Origin: a virus
Lineage: Duplodnaviria; Heunggongvirae; Uroviricota; Caudoviricetes
DNA: 64,000 nt
IMG/VR virus record: IMGVR_UViG_3300049846_001486
Coordinates: 1 to 64,000 of that record
Strand: one strand, 5' to 3'
Of this stretch, positions 26,942-41,900 are shown piece by piece. The notes under the pieces are model-generated. The model ran no database searches. It saw only the letters and a program-made list of their open reading frames with translations, and was not told where the DNA came from. The number at the start of each line of letters is the position of its first letter. Within the stretch, counting starts at the first letter, position 1. Made by a program: the position numbers and the translations under genes.

Positions 26942-29842
26942 ATGAGAAGTACGAATAAAGCAGAAAGTTGGAAGAAAGTATACGAAGCGTTCCAACAAGT
27001 TAATTTCGCTGCTTGGGATTTCGAAACAGTAAAACAGTCATTACTTGACTATTTAAAACTTTACTTCCCAGAAGACTTCAACGACTTCATAGAATCAAGC
27101 GAATTGATTATGAATTTGGAAATGTTCGCCTATTCGGTAGAGTTGATAGCCTACCGCTTGGACATGAACGCCCATGAAAACTTCATTTCTACAGCAGAAA
27201 GAAAAGAATCAATTTTAAGACTTGCCAAGCTCCTATCGTATAATCCGTCTAGAAACATCCCGGCCAGAGGATTGGTAAAGATAACTTCTATATCTTCTAC
27301 GGAAAGAATTTTCGACTCTCGCGGCGTTGACTTATCCAACAAAATTATCGTATGGAACGACCCAAATAACAGCAACTGGAAAGAACAGTTTTTGATTGTG
27401 TTGGGTAGAGTATTAGAGCAACCATTCGGTTCCGTTGCCCCAGATGATAGAATCCAAGTACAGGATGTTTTGTTCGAATTGTATGGCCTAAACAATAACC
27501 CATTAGCTTCGCAGACCCTAAAATATTCAGTCTCTGTTTCTGATGTTACCTATCCTATGGAATTGGTCAGCGTAGAACTAAATGATTTTGGCCCTATCGA
27601 AAAGAGACCAGAAAAGAACCAAAAAATTAACATCCTTTATCTAAACGATGGTCTTGGCGATTCTTCAGAAAATACAGGATTTTTCTTTTACACTAAGCAG
27701 GGTGAATTACAAAAAATTACCCAAGAGTATGATGGTGTTACCGCCAACCAATACACGGACATATTAGTTGATAACATCAACGAAACTGATGTATGGTTGA
27801 ATAATGTTGATTCTGTTACCGGAGAAATCATAACTGGCGACGATGTTAGAGTCAATTTTAGACAAGGTGAATGGGAGAGAGTGGATGTTGCCAATGCCAA
27901 AAACATCATATTCAACACTAACAAGAACAGAAACAAATATGAAATCGAGACTTTAGCGAATGATAATATGCGTGTTATTTTCGGTGATGGTAAGTTTGCT
28001 AATATCCCATCCGGCACATTCGACTTATGGTTTAGAGTTTCCGCAAACCAAGATTTAGTTATACCAGTAAGTGCGATTCAGAACACAAATACCGCGTTAA
28101 ATTACTACGACGCTAACAATAAAGAACAAACCTTATCTCTATCCTTCAGCTTGACCAATTCTATACAAAATGCAGCCCCATCTGAAGACGGCAATCACAT
28201 TAGACGAGTAGCCCCATCTGTTTACTATACTCAAGACAGAATGGTAAACGGCAAAGACTATAATGAATTCTTGCTACAAGACAATACCATTTTGAAGATA
28301 AACGCTATAAACAGAACCTTTGCTGGAGATTCCAAATATATCGCATGGCACGACCCTGAAGAGTATTACGATAATGTGAAGGTTTTCGGTGATGATTTGG
28401 TCATGTATTACCAAACCAAAGATATAACCACATCTGCCGCAGCGTCGGATGTTCCTAATGAAGACGGCGGAGCAAATGTTGCGTTAATTGATGCTATAGT
28501 TGATAACTATATAACTCCAATTTTAGAAACTGAACAGATGTATTTGAGATTCATCATATCAGGAGTTGACCCTACTCTTGTAAGAAAACAATTTACCAAT
28601 GGTGAACGCACTTTATTGGAAATCTTGTTGTTAGCTTTGATTACCAACAAACCGGGCAGCTTCTATATGACTTATACTCAAGCTACAGATGCTTGGACAT
28701 TCGATAGCACAGAACCGGCAGATTGGTGGATTACTGTAACTATGAATGCTGATGGAAGTTGGGATTTCTTGAATAGAGGCAAAACTCTTATCGCTCATAG
28801 TGACGCTACGGATTTCTGGGTATCCAACAAAAACCAAACAATAAACTACGATACATCCATCGTAGGCTTTGATGAAATAGTCATCTTGAAGGCTAACTTG
28901 GATGTTAACGATGCCGTGCTTACTGAAAACAAACGCTTCGTAGCGTATAAGCAAGATACAGTAGTAGCCGGTCCTGATGCTGGAACAGAAAGCAAAAGTG
29001 ATTTAGTCGTATTGCCTATTGACGAGAATTCTGACGGAATTCCGGATGATGTGTCGTTGTCGTATTTGATAGACCCATTAACCGATTTCGTATATTTCCA
29101 GAGAGAATTGTATGATACTGGCGATTATGGGCCGTGGGAATTCAGAGAGGCCACGACAGAAAATGTAGCAGCCTATACCCAAGATGCGGCAGATGAAACG
29201 GGACTGTGGAAGAGAGAAGTAGGCAGAGAAGGATTGAATTTCTTGTGGTTGCATAAAACACCAAGATATCATCTGGTTGACCCGGCATCTTCTAACTTGA
29301 TTGATATATTCCTAATCACTAGAGGATATTACAATAACATTAGATTGTGGTTGGCCGATAAGTTGGACGGTGAACCGGAACGCCCATCTGCTTTCGATTT
29401 GAGAGAGTCTTATAATTATTTGTTGGATAATAAGATGATTTCCGACTCTGTTATATTACATACTGGAAAAATAAAGATAATTATAGGAAAACACGCGCCG
29501 GAAGCCTATAGAGCTAAATTAAAGATAATTAAATCTTCGTATTCAACATTGACGAATAACCAAATCAAGTCAATAATCGTGGACGCTTTTAGAGAATTCT
29601 TTGACATAAATTATTGGGAATTCGGAGAAACTTTCTATTTTACTGAATTGTCAACATTTATTCAGTCTAAACTCCCAGCAGACATTGATTCTATCGTAAT
29701 TGTTCCTACAAGCACCGGAAGTATATTCGGTAACTTGTTCGAAATCAAAGCGGCAGCGGATGAGATTATACAAGGCAGCATCGCTCCTACCGATATTGAA
29801 ATCATTCAAGCTCTAGATTCCGACACACTAAAAGTTGGTTAA
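26942..29842 (+). CDS. 6: baseplate wedge protein (gp6 / baseplate-J-like), 966 aa
   Basis: Assigned by conserved order directly after gp25 and by large size. No motif verified. Confidence 0.45.
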   Translation: MRSTNKAESWKKVYEAFQQVNFAAWDFETVKQSLLDYLKLYFPEDFNDFIESSELIMNLEMFAYSVELIAYRLDMNAHENFISTAERKESILRLAKLLSYNPSRNIPARGLVKITSISSTERIFDSRGVDLSNKIIVWNDPNNSNWKEQFLIVLGRVLEQPFGSVAPDDRIQVQDVLFELYGLNNNPLASQTLKYSVSVSDVTYPMELVSVELNDFGPIEKRPEKNQKINILYLNDGLGDSSENTGFFFYTKQGELQKITQEYDGVTANQYTDILVDNINETDVWLNNVDSVTGEIITGDDVRVNFRQGEWERVDVANAKNIIFNTNKNRNKYEIETLANDNMRVIFGDGKFANIPSGTFDLWFRVSANQDLVIPVSAIQNTNTALNYYDANNKEQTLSLSFSLTNSIQNAAPSEDGNHIRRVAPSVYYTQDRMVNGKDYNEFLLQDNTILKINAINRTFAGDSKYIAWHDPEEYYDNVKVFGDDLVMYYQTKDITTSAAASDVPNEDGGANVALIDAIVDNYITPILETEQMYLRFIISGVDPTLVRKQFTNGERTLLEILLLALITNKPGSFYMTYTQATDAWTFDSTEPADWWITVTMNADGSWDFLNRGKTLIAHSDATDFWVSNKNQTINYDTSIVGFDEIVILKANLDVNDAVLTENKRFVAYKQDTVVAGPDAGTESKSDLVVLPIDENSDGIPDDVSLSYLIDPLTDFVYFQRELYDTGDYGPWEFREATTENVAAYTQDAADETGLWKREVGREGLNFLWLHKTPRYHLVDPASSNLIDIFLITRGYYNNIRLWLADKLDGEPERPSAFDLRESYNYLLDNKMISDSVILHTGKIKIIIGKHAPEAYRAKLKIIKSSYSTLTNNQIKSIIVDAFREFFDINYWEFGETFYFTELSTFIQSKLPADIDSIVIVPTSTGSIFGNLFEIKAAADEIIQGSIAPTDIEIIQALDSDTLKVG

Positions 29843-29872
29843 AATCACGAATTTATCAAGTTTCCAATACTA

Positions 29873-29880
29873 ATAAATAC
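29873..29880 (+). promoter_or_regulatory. late-promoter-like motif ATAAATAC upstream of the giant ORF
   Basis: Lies 22 nt upstream of the GTG start at 29903. Confidence 0.3.
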
Positions 29881-29902
29881 TTTACATTAGTGGAAGCGAC
29901 TT

Positions 29903-32900
29903 GTGAGCAAATCTGATTATACCAAAAAGAGTTTCAATTTTAATGACTACTTACCGGGCAACCTAAGAACTGCCATCGCTAATAGTCTTAACGATAACCT
30001 ATATAATCGTTTTTATAGCAAAGACGAGTATCAGCATGTAATCGGCGTCATAGGTACTCCAAACCCAACAGATGCCTCCCAGCGTCAAATTATAGAAGCA
30101 ACTGAATATCGTCAGAATAATCAATTACAGCCCGTAATAACCGCCCAAATTGGTGCAACTAAGTACCATATGACTTTTGAGGATATGCTCAATAAGTTGG
30201 AAACATTAGGGGTGGATATTTCTCAATACCCACAATGGGGAAACTCTCTACACTTTAATTGGGTTCCGCCTATTGATTTAGACAAACTAATCAATTATCA
30301 GAACTATTTCTGGGTAACAGATGATACCCAAGATAAACCACAATACATCACTATAAAGAATCATTGTAATTGGGTCTTGGCTAGATTGCGCCAAATTAAG
30401 AAATCTGTAGCAGGAATTTATGAAAACTTTACTATAGATTCTATGGATTTAGGCACCAATGAAATAATCATCCTCGGCAATAAGCTTTCTAAATTTAGTG
30501 TTGGTGAATTTTTAGTATTGTGGAACACAGAAAAGACCTATGAAGTTTTCGAAATAACTGGAACTTCCTATAATTCTGCAACAGAAGAAACTAGAATACA
30601 ATTCAATACCGCTCTTCCAGCAGATGTTACCTTTACCTCCGCCGCTAAAACGCAACAGGACATAAAGACCACCGACGCATTCAATAACTATTTCGTGTTA
30701 GACGGTGACGCTACAGCGTTGTTCAAACAAGGGTATGTTTTCATAACACAGGGCAGCGACTTATTGCCCAGCACATATTGGAAAGTAGATAAATCCGAAT
30801 ACATCGCTCAGGGTGAAACCACTCGCATTTATCCAACCTTAGATATTCCAGCCAACGCAGACTGGACCATTATAAATTCCCTACCATTAATTGTTATGGC
30901 CGAGGCCGAGTACAAAGTAGCTTGTGAAGACTCTAGTTTAGACTACATACAAAACTGGGCAGACTTCAGAGTTGGAGACATAATCTGGCACAAATATTAC
31001 ACGGTCATAGGGCAACAGACTACGGGACAAACCACATTAGGCTCTAATGTGTTTACTGACCCTACCACAAATTTCACGGATATGGGAGTCGTTGCCGGGA
31101 ATATTTTGAGAATCACTTCGGGACATAAAGTTGGAGATTTTCCAATCGTTGATGTTTTGGATTATGATTTAACATTGTCGGATGCTGATGTATTCTTTAC
31201 TCAAACTGGCGTAACTTACGAAATAGTAAAAGAATTAGCTATTGATGATTTTAGGTCTGAAGAAGAACCAACTTCTCCGGCAGTATACGACTATTGGTTC
31301 GATACGATTAACGATAATTTAAATCAATGGAACGGATTAAGTTGGGTAACCAGACAGGGCAATTTCAGTTTAATTTTGGATTTGACAAACGACAGACATA
31401 CCTTAGATATCCTTCAAACGGATGATTGGTCTACCCAGAATAAGTGGATACACAGAAACGATGTTGGAGCCGTGTCGGGTAAAACTAGAGCGCAGCTACC
31501 AATCATAGAGTTCAACCCTTTCTTAGAAATGGCAACTACTTCCTATGTTAAGAAAGCTTGGAGATATAGAAAAACTGCATCTGCCGGGTACGCCTCGGTT
31601 GATGAACAACCAACATTGATGGAATTGATTCTTGTTGATGATTTTTCTTTCTTGGATGCTTCAACAATAATTTTCCACGAAAAATACGGTAACCTCACTT
31701 CCGATATAGTTGCTGGAGTTAAGCTAAAAATAGTAAACTCTTCTTTGGGTGAAAATAACGGAGAATACGAAGTAGCATCTTCTGAATATGTGCAGTTATT
31801 TCCTACAGAAAGATATGTCAGTAAAGTAACTTTAACTACCACAGTTCCTAATCCTCTAAACAGTACGGGAAACATAATTCCATCTAAAACTGCGGTCGGA
31901 GATTTGTTCTTGGGTATAGACCAACAACAATGGATGTTTGACGGTATAGAAGAAATCGTCCCATCCAGTAAAAAACCAACAGCAAATCCCATGTTATCCA
32001 TATTCGTTTCGTCTGATACTGACGGAACTTTAGATACTTTGTTGGGTATGGTTTGGCAGGAATTTAAATACAATACTACTACCGAAGAAGTAGGTCCAAC
32101 ATTTACTTTAGATGATTCATTACATGATTTGTGTCTTTTTGAAGATTACCAAGAAGGTGATTTGCGTGTCTATATAAATGGTGTAAGACAGTATGGTAAT
32201 TTTACAGAAGCTCGTTCCGGATTGAATCAGGAATATGTAGGTTCTATAACCTTCAATGATACGGTAACCATAACAGACAGCGATGTTGTTAGAATTGAAT
32301 TAGGGGAAGCATATTCTCTGGATATAGGCAGAAGAAGTGTACAAATAAACACTCCTACTACATTCGATGAAAAGTTCAACTTGGTAAATTACAAAAAGAC
32401 TGAACAGATAAAATTGGATACTAATGAATATCCATATTTCTGTATTTTTGATATATTCGGAACGGCTTTGGATTTCGCTTCCAAAATTTTTAGCTTCAAG
32501 GAAAATTCAGAAAATGAAATCAATCCTCATGTATCTAGAAGATTAGACTACAACGAAACTACCAGAGATTATACATTCGTACAAGGATTGTTGGGTGAGT
32601 CCCAAGAATTATACCAATATAAAGATTATCAAAAGATTGCTAACGAATTACAGTCTGTGTGGAAGGCTGGAGAAAATCTAGAACAGTTCGTGCCTTACAA
32701 AGAAAACGATGCTTGGGTAATCCCACAACAGCTATATTACAATGTTAAACACGAAAACAGAGAAGAAGTAAAATTAACTGAAATCTTCACCCATTTCAGA
32801 AACATAATAGAAAATCAGACCGCTCCATCAATATACAGTCTGACCGGAAACCTATATTACATTGATGATAATGTCAATTACGGTATAGGCGGCACTATTA

Positions 32901-35900
32901 AAGAATACAACGACAATTTCTCCACATTAGTTTCTTCGCTATTTGTGAATAATGTAAACCCGATTTCCGTAATACAGTTTGCACATAATCAGTATTTGAG
33001 TAATCTCGAATACATTAAGAATACATTAAGAACCAATATATCTTCGTTATTGTTGAATACTGAAGCTGAAGATTTAACAGAATTGACTAATTACATAATA
33101 GTCTCAGTAAAGGAACAATTTGAGGGTAATGACAGATTGGATTTGTGGTTCGGGGATAGCACAACTTATAACGAGCTTACCAAAACCGGTATTAAAAACT
33201 GGATAGCCACATTGCCTTATTTCGGATTAGTACCGAAAGTAGCTCCGTATTACATAAAAGACTCAGTTCTCGGAATTTCCGAAATGGTTCACCATGACGG
33301 TCACAGAACCCAGTTGGCTTATGATATAGCAATCAAAGAATTGATAATTAAGAACATAATAGACAATTCTAACAATGAACAGCAGATTGTAACTTCAGAT
33401 TCTGAACCATTACCAGTATTGATTAATGGCAATACTGCTAAAGACAATGATTATGTAATCAGAACAAACACTACTACTAAGACCAGAAAAGTCTATCGTT
33501 ATAGCGTAGCTAATTCTTGGGAATTAGTAGATTTCGATGATATATTGTTGAAGACTATATTGTTCATAGAACAGAAGCTTTATGAGAATTGCCCGACCAG
33601 AGTATTCTTAAATTTCAACATGGATTCGGTGAGATTGAATACTGCTTATCAAGATTTGGTAAAACAGCAGTTCTCCACATATTTGAAGAACAATCAAATA
33701 AAAACGCCTTATGACAACAAAGAATATAAGACTAACGACCCATTTACATGGAACTACGGATATACAACTATATCCACTCATCCGATGACCGGGTTGCCAT
33801 CGTCAGATGTTAAAGCAACATGGCAAGCATTATACGAAAAGGTATATGGAACTCCATACCCACATTTAGAGCCTTGGGTATTGCAGGGATATAGAATCAA
33901 ACCAGATTGGTGGGATTCTTATTATTTGAATACTAATCCATTGGTTGATAGACTATGGAAATCAACGATGTGGAACAATATATTCAATGGTATCGTACCT
34001 TTAAACAAAGATACACCTACTGGTGCCGCAGGTACAGGCGCTGCCGGTCAATTGACCGAAGTGTTCGATTTCGTATCTGTCAATGTTGATGATACTCCTA
34101 CATTAGACGGAATCAAACCCGATGGTTTGTTACCACCGTATTGGAATACCAACAATACTACCGACCCTAGAGTAAGGTCGCTATATGACGCTTCCATTCA
34201 AGAATACATAACTAATCCACAAACTGGTTATGAATTTACGCAGAGAGGCCCAAGTGAATGGAAATGGGAAGTGTCTGCCCAGCGTCTTTACGATGATGCC
34301 ATAATCGCTTTCAAACTTCAACCAATGCGCTTCATGAACCAATTATTCGGCAACTCTTTCCAAAATGTTGCCGCATTGCAAGTGGAGACGACAAACCAAA
34401 GAGTCTTCACCCCGGAATTAACCATATTCCACGGTGATTTGATTGGTGACACAAATGTAGTTTACAAAACCAATGGATTGAACCAATGGTATGTTCACTA
34501 TAACCGTTATAACGGATTCGATGGACTGTCTTCGGAATTCAGAACCTTATGGAAGAATTGGGATGTTAAATTGGGTTATGCGGTCGGCGGATTTATTGAT
34601 ACCTCAAGTTTGAGTATTTTCAACAACACTTTCGACTTAAGCACTAAAGATTACACCGTTGATATTAAGAAAACTCATGGAATATCTAACAAATGGTTGG
34701 ATTCCTTGACTTTGACCTCGTTGAGCGTACCATCCAAAACAGCAAAATATAGAGATTCTGGATTGGGATGGACAGTAGAAATTGACACCAATTCTATTTA
34801 CGGAAAGCCTGTAGAATACTATCAACCTCAGAAATACCAATTTAAGGTATTGGACGATAATGAAACTTTCAGAAGCTTTGCTTACGATATAAGCGGAGCA
34901 GACATTTCCCAAGTCCAAGGGTATCAATTAGTCAATTATAATCAGTCTTCTTACAATCAATTAGAAACAGATTTGGATAATACATTCTTCTTGTATTATG
35001 CCGATGTTTTGGTTGATAATACCACAACAATAAATTTGGCCATATATGGTGCAAATGCTCAGACCTTCGCAGAAGCTATAACAGAAATCAACGCCCAATT
35101 GGGTGACTATGCTATAGCTTATATTCAAGAAGGTAATATCATAATCAAGAGCAAGACTATAGGCATAACCTCGGCTATAGAAATAACTGATGCGGGATTG
35201 TTCGCATCGTTAGATACAGAAAAATTCTCTGGATTGGACGCTCCACAACAAACGCAGTTGAAGTTCAACGGACGCTTTTATGTTGATGGAAACATCATGT
35301 CTGTGATGGAAGCCGGGAACGAAATTACAGTTTCTGATTCTACCAATTTGAACGGAACTTACACCATCAGAGATGTGTATTTCGACATAGTAACAGGAAA
35401 GACAATAATCAGCATATCTGAAGATATAGTCATTTCCGATTCTACGATAGATGGTGAAATTTATTTGGTAGGAGAAACTACCTTAAATTCTTTCCCAGAT
35501 GAATGGGTTGACGGAACTCAAGTTACTCTAACTACGACCCAAGTAGCGCCATCCGGAATGACGGAAGATGCAGTATACTACTTCAAGAAATTAACCAATA
35601 CGGATTTCGCATTGTATACTGATTCTAGCTTAACTAACCAAGTAACAGTAAACAGTTCTGGCTCAGGCCAGCACAGTATTGGGGTTGTTGTAGGAACCTT
35701 CAAAGCTCTCAATGGAAGCGCCACTCAAACATCGTGGAAGAAATATAAGTTCGATAAGAGACAGACTAATAAAATATATCCGCCAATTTATGTATCTACC
35801 ATACAGAGTATAATTGATTTGATTTTGGGATACGGAGAATATGCTACTGATATCGGATTCTTATTAAAGACAGAAGGCCGTAACAATATTGATGAACAGA

Positions 35901-38900
35901 CCGGAAGATATAACTCATGGCAGTTAGAAACAGAAAAGGTAATAAACTGGTTATACAATTTAAGAAAGACAAACCAGCAATACATGCCTTCATATGAAGC
36001 TACCGTAAATGTTGCCACAAGCTCATTTGTAATGACAGACGCGGTTACTACTACATGGAAATCTGGAACCAAAGTTAAATTACTAACAGACGGTGGTACA
36101 TTACCAGAGCCGTTCGACAACCCATTGAAGGGGTATGTCCCATATTACATAATAAAGACCGCTGACCCGAAGATTGTACAGTTGGCGGCAACTAAAGAAG
36201 ACGCCAAGAATGGTGTTGCTATAACTGTATTGACTCCGGGAGAAGGCAATGTAATCCTACAATTATTGTCAGATACCCAGCCGGTCTATGATTACGAAAT
36301 CAACCCTTTCAAAAATTACATTTGGGTAACAAATGAATATGGCGTTTTGGCTGATGTATTCTCTGGAGTGTCTAAACTAGATACGCCTACATATCAGATA
36401 ATATATGACAATAACGGAAATGAATTAAACAACAACAATCTTATAATCTTAAGACATGATAAAGAAAGCAGATTAAGCTTGACCTTAAATCAGCAAGAGA
36501 GAAACAAGCAGATAAGTTCCGGTACCCAAAAAGGTACAGTCAGTTATATGTCCGGTATGCATCTATTCTATGATGGCTATGAGCATATAGTGTTGTTCAA
36601 TGATTATTCCATTTCTGACACACTCATCTACGATTCATTCTTAGGATTGAACACTCCGCGCTTCTTCGTGGAATTCAACAGACAAAAGAATTTCACTTTA
36701 AGACCAAATGTTGGAGGATATGTAATATCTGATGATGAGCTTGTCCAGAATATAGAATCTTCCGTTGACGATATGAGAAATTACTACGATACCGAGAGAA
36801 CCATAGAAGGTAAACAGACCACACAATTGGTAAGAAAGACCTTGGGCTATGATGGTCCTAAACAGTATATGGACGACTTAAACATAAGTGACAAATCTCA
36901 GTTCAAATTCTGGAAAGGAATGATACAAAAGAAAGGTACGAACTTTGCAATATCTGCCTTTACAAACCAAGATGTTTATGATGATGCCAACATTGACGAA
37001 TTCTGGGCATATAAGCTTGCCGAATTCGGCACTTCCAAAGCTAAAGATTATTTCGAAATGAAGGTATCTCCTAATGATTCTACAAGAAAAGAATTGAGAT
37101 TGGAGTTCGTAGCAACCGATAGTTCTCCTACCGACCCATCATGTCAAGCTGTAGAATTGACGGATTTGAGCCGTTGGGAAAATCAACCGGATGCATTAGC
37201 AGCTATGAACCCTTACAAGTCCTTCTTCTTTAACTACAAAGTCGTAGAACTTATAGATAATGCCGAGAGTGAAATAACAACAGTAAATGGTAGATATGTA
37301 TTAGAACTTTCTGAAGTTAACGATGGTGTAATAATCACTTACTACGATACCGGCGATGATTTAAGAAAGACATTGGTTAAGGGTATAGATTTTGAATTAC
37401 TTTCTCACAAAGTAGTACACTTTACTACGCCATATAACCCTTCTACCCTTCAGGCTATTAAAGTCTACGGCGTTTCTTATGATTATGAAGGACATACTCC
37501 TGTAAAATTAATAGATAAGAAGACCAAATCAACGGTATTGAATCTTCCAGTATGGAACCCGCTAAAACAAGAATACTACGCTAATGCTTATGCTGTAGTT
37601 GATATTAGAGCAGCCCAAGACCCTGCTGATTATACTAATTATCCAACTAGCGCCACTCCGGTTACCAACAATTCTTACTGGACAGAAAAGCAAGTAGGCA
37701 AAGTGTGGTTCGATTCTTCGATTGAGGGATATATGCCTTACAACGACACTTCCATATATCCTAAGTTAAATGACAGAATGTTGCTATGGGGTAAATTGGC
37801 AGAATGGGCCGATATCAACTTATATACTTGGGTAGAATCAGAAGTCCCTCCATCTGAATGGGATGCTGCTGCCGCTTCACAAGACGGAGACTATACAGTA
37901 GATTCTAAGTTCAAGAAATCCGGTACGGTAAAGAAGCGTCTTTATGAGAATACCGGGTCTCCATCTGTTCCTGTATGGCAAGAAATACAAGACCAACACG
38001 AAGAATTTGTTGCAGGTTTGGTGACTTTGAGTAACACAACGGCGTTCACAGGAAATGTTGAATACTACATTAATGGTGAGTATACGCAGACCGCCGCAAT
38101 TACAGGAGCTTCCTTCGTAACATATGCTGCCGGATTGGACCCTCAGACCATAATACATCTTGTTAAAAAGGCCGTAGTTCCTACCCAGCAACAAATAGAC
38201 GATTTAGAATACAAATACGACACCCCGTACACTTCGTTAACCAAGATTAACAAAGAAAGTGGACTACCATATCAAGTGTATTATTTCTGGGTCAATGGGT
38301 ACGACTTCGACAAGGCTACCACAGAAAAGAAAATAAATGTTCTTCATGCTGAGAAACTTTTCAAGAATATGTCCGACCCATATTGCGTAATACAGAATTT
38401 AACATCTTCTGATATCGGATATGGATTAGTGTTTGGTAATAACTTTGATGACGAGGGCGATTCTTCGTTGCCTTGGAGATACACACAATGCATCATTAAA
38501 GGTCTAGAAGGTAAAATTAAAGATAAGGATAGATATGTTCTTAAGTTCTTAAGAGACTTTTCTTTGAGGACCAACTTAGCTTCTACTGACCTTACATATA
38601 AAAACAAGCATACCGAATGGAAGTTGTTCAGAGAAAAACAGACTTCTAAGATTGATGAAGCGTTATGGAACAAAATAGTAGAGGGTATGGCAGAATATGC
38701 TGTAGTCAACAGAGTAGTTGATACTACCACACCTGCCCCGGACTATAACAGAAAACTGTTCGATGATTTATATGATTCAGATACCAGTTTTGGTATACAG
38801 GACGGTATGGTTCTAGTTGATAAACAGACCGGTCTAAACACTATAAATAAATTGTTGAACAGCACCGAGAAACAATATTCTCAAAATATAACTGATTTCT

Positions 38901-41900
38901 TGGAACAATATGATTTCGAATCCCCGGAAAATATTGTAGAAGCCATGTATCAGATTTATGATACTTTCAGTATAGATGATGTAAATTATATATTCTTTAA
39001 CATGCTTATGGACTATTTTAGTTTGAAGAAAGAGAGCAAAGACATATTCAAGACTTCTTGGGTAGCGTTGCAAGTTTCTCAAAATATAAAACCGTATACG
39101 GATTCTCAAACAGACACTATTAAATTGGAAGCTGGCGGTAAAGCCTTCTTCGGTGAATTGTCTTCTGCGGAAGCAATAGATGTTCTTCCAATTACGGACT
39201 ATCTATTGTATTTGTTGAGCGACGGAACAATCGTATATTCACTACACGACGGTTTCACGGAAACTATTGTATTAGCCCAGAACCCGCCAAGAATAGCAGG
39301 TAGCGGAGCAAGAACCGATGTATGGACAGACGGAACCTACATTTATACCACAAGTATCAACGGTGGTTTGGATGTGTACTACTATAATGGTACAAATTTC
39401 ATATTGATTGGTGGCAATACAACTCCGGGTAACCACTATGGCGTAGTAGGATTTAACCCAATCTTGGTAGTATCCGATACCGGAGAAGGCTTGATTGCTT
39501 ATGAATTTGACGGTATAGAATTAGTCAAAATAGCAACCTGTGGAGATGTTACGACCAATGTTAAAGCAGTATGCATTCATAATGGATACATAGCAACTTG
39601 TGGATATGATAGGGTTGATATTTGGCAATATACCGGATACTCATTACACCATGTAACTTTCTTACAGGGTCTGACTGGCGGTGCGGATGTTATATCCATC
39701 GCATCTGACGGCGAATATCTGTACACGGGAAGCAACAATACAACAAAGGTGCAGGTATTCTCATTTGATGGCAGCATAATCCAACAAGTGTATACTGACC
39801 CTACCATAAATTCTTCTCCGGCAATAGCCGCTGGTGGCGGTAATGTATTCTATGGTGGTATAGGTTTGAAGGTGTATAGATTTAATGGCTCGTCTTTGGT
39901 ATTACAAGATTCTATTGATGGGGTAGTTATTGACGGGTCGTTGATGTATTCTCATGATTCCAAGAGACTATATTCTTCAGATTTAGGAGTTTTTAATTTC
40001 ACTACTGGCCGCTTAGAACAGATAACAGATGTTCCTGTTCCAGTATCTCAGTTAAATTCTGGTGATGTAAGTTTGGCTGGAGCTATAAATTTACCTAAAC
40101 CAAGTCCAACTCCAACTAGAACAGTAACACCTACTATTACCGTATCTCCGACAGTTACCCCAACGAATACCCCAACTAATACAGTAACTCCTACCAATAC
40201 TAGAACAGCTAGCACAACCCCTACACCAACTAATACGACGACCCCAACGACTACCCCGACCCCAACGGTTACCCAAACAGCATCCGTGACACCAACTCCA
40301 TCAATAACCCCAACATCTACACCAACGGCAACTGTAACTCCAACTAACACGCCGACTAATACTCAAACCGCAACTCCAACGAATACGGTAACCCCAACGA
40401 ATACTCCAACGGCTACTTCAACAGTAACTCCAACGAATACGGTAACCCCAACTTACACAGTAACTCCAACGAATACACCAACCGCGTCTGTTACCCCAAC
40501 AATAACTCCAACCAACACGGTTACCCCAACTAATACTGTAACTCCTACTAATACTGTAACCCCGACAGTCACTTCTACAGCCACAGTAACCCCCACGACA
40601 GCCGCAAGCCCTACTGTTACCCCAACTAATACACCGACTGCATCGGTTACTCCTACTGTTACCCCAACTAATACACCGACTGCATCGGTTACTCCTACTT
40701 CAACAGTAACTCCAACGAATACGGTTACTCCGTCGAATACTGTAACCCCAACGAATACCCCAACGGTTACCCCTACTTCAACTGTTACCCCAACTAACAC
40801 AGTTACCCCAACAAATACCGTTACACCAACGAATACCCCAACAAACACGGTTACCCCAACGAATACTGTTACTCCAACGAATACCCCAACAAACACGGTT
40901 ACCCCAACGAATACTGTTACTCCAACTAACACCGTTACTCCAACGAATACGATAACCCCAACCAATACTCCAACGAATACAGTAACTCCAACTAACACCG
41001 TTACTCCAACGAATACCCCAACATCAAGTGTAACTCCGACTGTAACCCCTACAAGTACGGTTACCCCAACGAATACTGTTACTCCAACGAATACCGTTAC
41101 ACCAACCAATACTCCAACAAGTTCATTAACCCCTACGGTCACTCCAACGAATACCGTTACTCCAACGAATACGGCTACTCCGACTTATACTCCTACTTCA
41201 ACCGTCACTCCAACAAACACGGTTACCCCAACAAATACACCGACAGCATCAGTTACCCCAACGAATACTGTAACTCCAACGAATACCGTTACTCCAACAA
41301 ACACGGTTACCCCAACGAATACGGCAACGGCATCAGTTACGCCGACTAATACTCCAACTAATACAGTAACTCCTACTAACACAGGAACGCCCGGAGCCAC
41401 ACCGACTGTAACGCCGACAAACACCCCAACCGTTACCCCAACAAATACTATTACTCCAACTTATACTATTACCCCAACAAATACCCCAACCCCAACGAAT
41501 ACCCCAACGAATACTGTAACTCCAACTAATACAGTTACCCCAACAAATACACCGACAGCATCAGTTACCCCAACGAATACCCCAACAAATACCGTTACCC
41601 CAACGAACACAGTTACCCCAACAAATACACCGACAGCATCAGTTACCCCAACGAATACCCCAACAAATACTGTAACTCCAACTAATACCGCAACACCAAC
41701 GAATACAGCCACATCTACAGTAACCCCAACGGCATCTGTTACTCCTTCGGTAACTCCAACAAATACAGTAACTCCAACAAATACCGTTACCCCAACGAAT
41801 ACGGCTACACCAACTATAACACCTACAGTAACCCCAACTAACACAGTTACCCCGACTTATACGGTTACCCCAACGAATACAGTAACTTCGTCCATTACTC